From contig CBDCGL010000011.1 in the NCBI GenBank assembly GCA_965216755.1, positions 4,576,001 through 4,640,000 of the forward strand: a stretch of 64,000 nucleotides of DNA, given 5' to 3'. Of this stretch, positions 60,432-64,000 are shown one piece after another; position 1 is the stretch's first letter, and the number at the start of each line of letters is the position of its first letter. The notes under the pieces were generated by a model. The model was not told where the DNA came from, searched no databases, and worked only from the letters and a program-made list of their open reading frames with translations. This DNA is from Alphaproteobacteria bacterium (GTDB lineage Bacteria; Pseudomonadota; Alphaproteobacteria; UBA7887). A program made the position numbers and the translations under genes.

Positions 60432-61135
60432 GCTTGGTCGTTGCCAATTTGCGGGCGTCATATGGACGAATTCCAATCCTAGACGGCATTGACCTGGCGC
60501 TTGATGACGGTGAGGTCGTCGGCATCCTTGGCCACAATGGCATGGGGAAATCCACGTTTCTGAAGACGCTGGTCGGACTGGTGCCGGCCACCGCCGGCAA
60601 GATCAAATATGACGATCGGGAGATTACGAGATTGCCGACGCCGGCGCGGTGTCGACTCGGAATGGGCTATGTGCCGCAAGGCCGCGAAATCTTTCCGGGT
60701 TTAAGTGTAAGAGACAATCTGCGCATGGGTTGTGTGACAAGGCCCAGCGAGGAAGCCGCGGCAATTCGGGATGCATTGGACGCCTTTCCCCGTTTGGTTG
60801 AGCTTTTGGATCGAATGGGTGGTGCGCTAAGTGGTGGCGAGCAACAGATTTTGGCATTGGCACGATGTTTGTGCGCGCGGCCACGCCTGGTGCTCTTGGA
60901 CGAGCCGACCGAAGGCATTCAACCTTCGATCATCGAAGAGATCGGCGATACGCTGCGGCAGCTTGTGCGCGCGCGCAAGTTGACGCTTCTTCTGGTAGAG
61001 CAAAACCTGGAATTCATACGCGCGCTCTCGGAACGTGTGCTGATCATGCAGAAGGGCAAACTGACCCGTGAACTGTCGGCGGCTCATTTGCAGGATGCCG
61101 ACGTCGTCAGCGAATTTATTGGCATTGGGGGCTGA
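60428..61135 (+). CDS. ABC transporter ATP-binding protein (LivF/UrtE-like)
   Basis: GHNGMGKS, LSGGEQQ, DEPTEGIQP. Confidence 0.92.
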   Translation: MSLVVANLRASYGRIPILDGIDLALDDGEVVGILGHNGMGKSTFLKTLVGLVPATAGKIKYDDREITRLPTPARCRLGMGYVPQGREIFPGLSVRDNLRMGCVTRPSEEAAAIRDALDAFPRLVELLDRMGGALSGGEQQILALARCLCARPRLVLLDEPTEGIQPSIIEEIGDTLRQLVRARKLTLLLVEQNLEFIRALSERVLIMQKGKLTRELSAAHLQDADVVSEFIGIGG

Positions 61136-61217
61136 CCCTGGCCTAGACGGGATATGTTCAGCGATTGGTCGCGATAAAAAAAACGAACTTGGTCATTCTA
61201 TGAAACAGGAGGGCCCG

Positions 61218-62732
61218 ATGGCCGTAAGAGGACCGACGAAAGACCAAATCATTGCACTTGGCGCCGATCTCGGCATGTCGTTTTCGGACGCGGAGATCGC
61301 GGCGTTCGAAGCAACCTTTGCCGGCACGGTTGCCGCCTACAACGCAATCGATCAAGCGCCCGATTTTATACCGGAGGTCAAATATCCACGAACGGCTGGT
61401 CGGCGACCCGGCGCGGAAGAGAATCCGCTTAACGCGTGGTATTGGAAAACTTCGATCAAAGGCACCGACAGCGGTCCGCTTAAAGGGCGCACAGTTGTCT
61501 TGAAGGACAACGTTTGTTTGGCCGGCGTTCCTATGATGAACGGTGCCTCAACTCTGGAGGGCTATGTACCGGAATTTGATGCGACGATCGTGACCCGTCT
61601 GTTGGACGCCGGCGCTGAAATCGTCGGTAAGGCGACGTGCGAGTATTTCTGTCTGTCGGGCGGCAGCCACACAAGTGCACCGGCTCCAGTCGAAAACCCG
61701 CGTAAGAAAGGGCATATGGCCGGTGGCTCGTCGTCGGGGAGCGCCGCCCTTGTCGCCGCGGGCGAGGTCGATATGGCGATCGGCGGTGACCAAGGCGGCT
61801 CGATCCGAATTCCGTCTGCATATAGTGGCTGTGTCGGTATGAAGCCCACACACGGTTTGGTGCCCTACACTGGGATCATGCCCATCGAATCGACCATCGA
61901 TCATACCGGTCCGATTACGGCGAATGTGGCGGACAATGCCTTGCTGTTGGAAGTATTGGCCGGCAAAGATGGTCTGGATCCGCGCCAATATGACGTCCGT
62001 ACCGAAGCCTATAGCCGGATCATGGCTGAAGGCGTTGCCGGGTTGAAGATTGGTGTTCTCAAGGAAGGCTTCGGTCACGCCAACTCGGAGGCGGATGTCG
62101 ACGAGCGGGTACGGGGGGCCGCAGATGTGCTTGCGGCTGCCGGCGCCCAAGTCAGCGAAGTCTCTGTTCCGATGCACCTGATGGGCCAAGTGATTTGGAC
62201 CCCAATTGCCTTAGAGGGCCTGCAGTGGCAGATGATGCACGGCAACGGTATGGGGATGAACTGGAAGGGACTCTACAATACGGGCCTTCTAGACTATCAC
62301 GCCAACTGGCGGGACCGCGCCGATGAGCTGTCGCTGTCGCTTAAGGTGTCTATGTTGATCGGCGAATACTTCATTCGCGCCTATCGGGGCCGTTTCTACG
62401 CCAAAAGCCAAAACTTGGCACGGCAACTCACCGCTGCGTATGACCAAGCGCTGAAGAGCGTGGATATTTTGCTGATGCCGACGCTGCCCCTCAAGGCGCC
62501 AAAAATGCCGGCATCTGACGCGCCGCCCGATGAGATTCTGCAGCGCGCCTTTGAGATGTTGCCGAACACGTCACCCTTCGATGCAACAGGGCACCCTGCA
62601 ATTTCGGTGCCCTGTGCGATGAGCGACGGATTGCCGATCGGTTTGATGTTGGTCGGCCGGCATTTTGACGAGGCGACATTGTATCGTGCTGCCTTAGGCT
62701 TTGAGCAGACTGGGGATTGGACAGCGCGCTAA
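61218..62732 (+). CDS. Amidase signature family amidase
   Basis: LKDN, GGSSSGS, GGDQGGSIRIP (Ser-cisSer-Lys triad); CAGGAGGG RBS before ATG 61218. Confidence 0.93.
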   Translation: MAVRGPTKDQIIALGADLGMSFSDAEIAAFEATFAGTVAAYNAIDQAPDFIPEVKYPRTAGRRPGAEENPLNAWYWKTSIKGTDSGPLKGRTVVLKDNVCLAGVPMMNGASTLEGYVPEFDATIVTRLLDAGAEIVGKATCEYFCLSGGSHTSAPAPVENPRKKGHMAGGSSSGSAALVAAGEVDMAIGGDQGGSIRIPSAYSGCVGMKPTHGLVPYTGIMPIESTIDHTGPITANVADNALLLEVLAGKDGLDPRQYDVRTEAYSRIMAEGVAGLKIGVLKEGFGHANSEADVDERVRGAADVLAAAGAQVSEVSVPMHLMGQVIWTPIALEGLQWQMMHGNGMGMNWKGLYNTGLLDYHANWRDRADELSLSLKVSMLIGEYFIRAYRGRFYAKSQNLARQLTAAYDQALKSVDILLMPTLPLKAPKMPASDAPPDEILQRAFEMLPNTSPFDATGHPAISVPCAMSDGLPIGLMLVGRHFDEATLYRAALGFEQTGDWTAR

Positions 62733-62758
62733 GGCGAACGACCGCCGCGGGCCACCGC

Positions 62759-63913
62759 TCATAGCGCTTGCTCGTAAATCTTCAGTGCGTCGTCGACCTG
62801 GACGTCACGCGGATTGTTGATCAGCAAGCGCTGCTGCTTCATGGCGTCTTCCGCCAGCATCGGCAAGTGATTGTGGCTGATTCCGACGTCGCGAAGGCGC
62901 TTGTCGATTTTGAGGTCGTCGATCAGCATCTCGATGCTGTCGATGAACCGGGTCGTCGTCTCGGCGGCCGTGCCCGGGGTCAATCCGGGGATCGCGACAG
63001 GGGCGATTTCGGAATACAGCTCATCCGCGACCGGGGCATTAAATCGCAAGACGTGCGGCAAAACCAATGAGTTCGATAAGCCGTGCGGAACATGGAAATG
63101 ACCGCCGATGGGATAAGCGAGGGCGTGAACGGCGGCGCAGGGTGCATTGGCGAAAGACATGCCCGCTAGCATAGAGCCAAGCAGCATTTTGCCGCGCGCC
63201 TCGAGGTCTTGGCCATCGCGGCACACGGCGCGGATGTTATTGCCCAATAGCGCCAACGCTTCGCGCGCCAGTGCATCTGAAACCGGGTTTTTTCTTAGCT
63301 TCGTGGTGTACGCCTCAATCGCATGAACCATTGCGTCTATTCCGGTCGCCGCGGTGATGTGGCTCGGTAATCCCACCGTTAGCTCGGCATCGAGAACCGC
63401 CCAATCCGCATATAAGATCGGTGACACGACGCCCATCTTGACGGCCTCGCCGGTCGTCACGATGGCTATGGGCGTGACTTCCGAACCGGTGCCCGCCGTG
63501 GTCGGGACCTGGATAAGCGGCAACCGGCTGCCTTTGGCGTTCTCAACCCCGTATGCTTCGGCGATCGGTTGGTCGCTGGCGATCAGGAAGGCCACGAGCT
63601 TGGCCACATCCATGGAGCTGCCGCCGCCGAATCCGACAACGCCGTTGGCCCCGATTTCGCGCGCCAGCGCGCCGGCTTTAAGAACTGTCGCTTCCGATGG
63701 ATCCGCCTCGACTTCGGCAAACACCACAGGTTCCAACCGCGCGGCGCGCAAGCTTTCAAGGCCGGTTTCAAAGAGCCCCAATCCTTTGATACCTGGGTCT
63801 GTGATAAGCAAAACCTTGGTGGCGCCGAGCTGCGTCATCAAGGAGCCGAGCTGGCTTGTCGCCCCAATTTCAGAAAGTATTGATGGAACGGTTTGAAATT
63901 TAAACGCTTTCAT
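62759..63913 (-). CDS. Iron-containing alcohol dehydrogenase
   Basis: GGGSSMD, PTTAGTGSE, DAMVHAIE, HALAY, HVPHG. Confidence 0.93.
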   Translation of the reverse strand: MKAFKFQTVPSILSEIGATSQLGSLMTQLGATKVLLITDPGIKGLGLFETGLESLRAARLEPVVFAEVEADPSEATVLKAGALAREIGANGVVGFGGGSSMDVAKLVAFLIASDQPIAEAYGVENAKGSRLPLIQVPTTAGTGSEVTPIAIVTTGEAVKMGVVSPILYADWAVLDAELTVGLPSHITAATGIDAMVHAIEAYTTKLRKNPVSDALAREALALLGNNIRAVCRDGQDLEARGKMLLGSMLAGMSFANAPCAAVHALAYPIGGHFHVPHGLSNSLVLPHVLRFNAPVADELYSEIAPVAIPGLTPGTAAETTTRFIDSIEMLIDDLKIDKRLRDVGISHNHLPMLAEDAMKQQRLLINNPRDVQVDDALKIYEQAL

Positions 63914-64000
63914 TTCTCATCCTCGTGCCGCGGTTCGCTGGCTAGAAGTACATTATCGGTGCGCGAGAATAACTGCATGCGTCTACCTGTGCCACCATGC

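Noticed and set aside
99-63896. Numerous long antisense or alternate-frame ORFs (e.g. 99..713, 8530..9420, 39888..40679)
   Set aside because: Shadow ORFs of well-supported genes in GC-rich DNA, with no motifs

Overview
Alphaproteobacterial chromosome segment. The GC-rich core tract murA-DUF2948-hisG-hisD-UPF0262-LMW phosphatase-infA-maf-rng-yacG-tRNA-Phe is a typical alphaproteobacterial gene order. Left arm (0-14.5 kb): a DUF1538x2/P-II/CBS operon, a porin/FMN-binding/PepSY iron-type operon, a tRNA-Thr(GGU) split by a 236-nt Azoarcus-like group I intron, and the core genes. An accessory tract follows tRNA-Phe (14.5-39 kb). It holds a FkbM methyltransferase, IS3 and IS256 scars, a secreted YWTD-propeller protein, and a Wzx/Wzy glycan locus with an unusual PRTase/HAD/kinase-GT4/nucleotidyltransferase module and a GT-C/beta-propeller/Kelch fusion. 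It ends in a convergent operon where a Pro-rich, colicin-M-like putative toxin is followed by six alternating membrane-anchored Cys-containing paralogs (ABABAB, about 1.1-kb period). Right arm (39-64 kb): a STAND-type adenylate cyclase, a CoA-transferase, fhs, an amide/cyclic-amide catabolic cluster with an ABC importer and amidase, a candidate sRNA, and an Fe-alcohol dehydrogenase. All family calls come from motif recognition by eye; no database searches were run.
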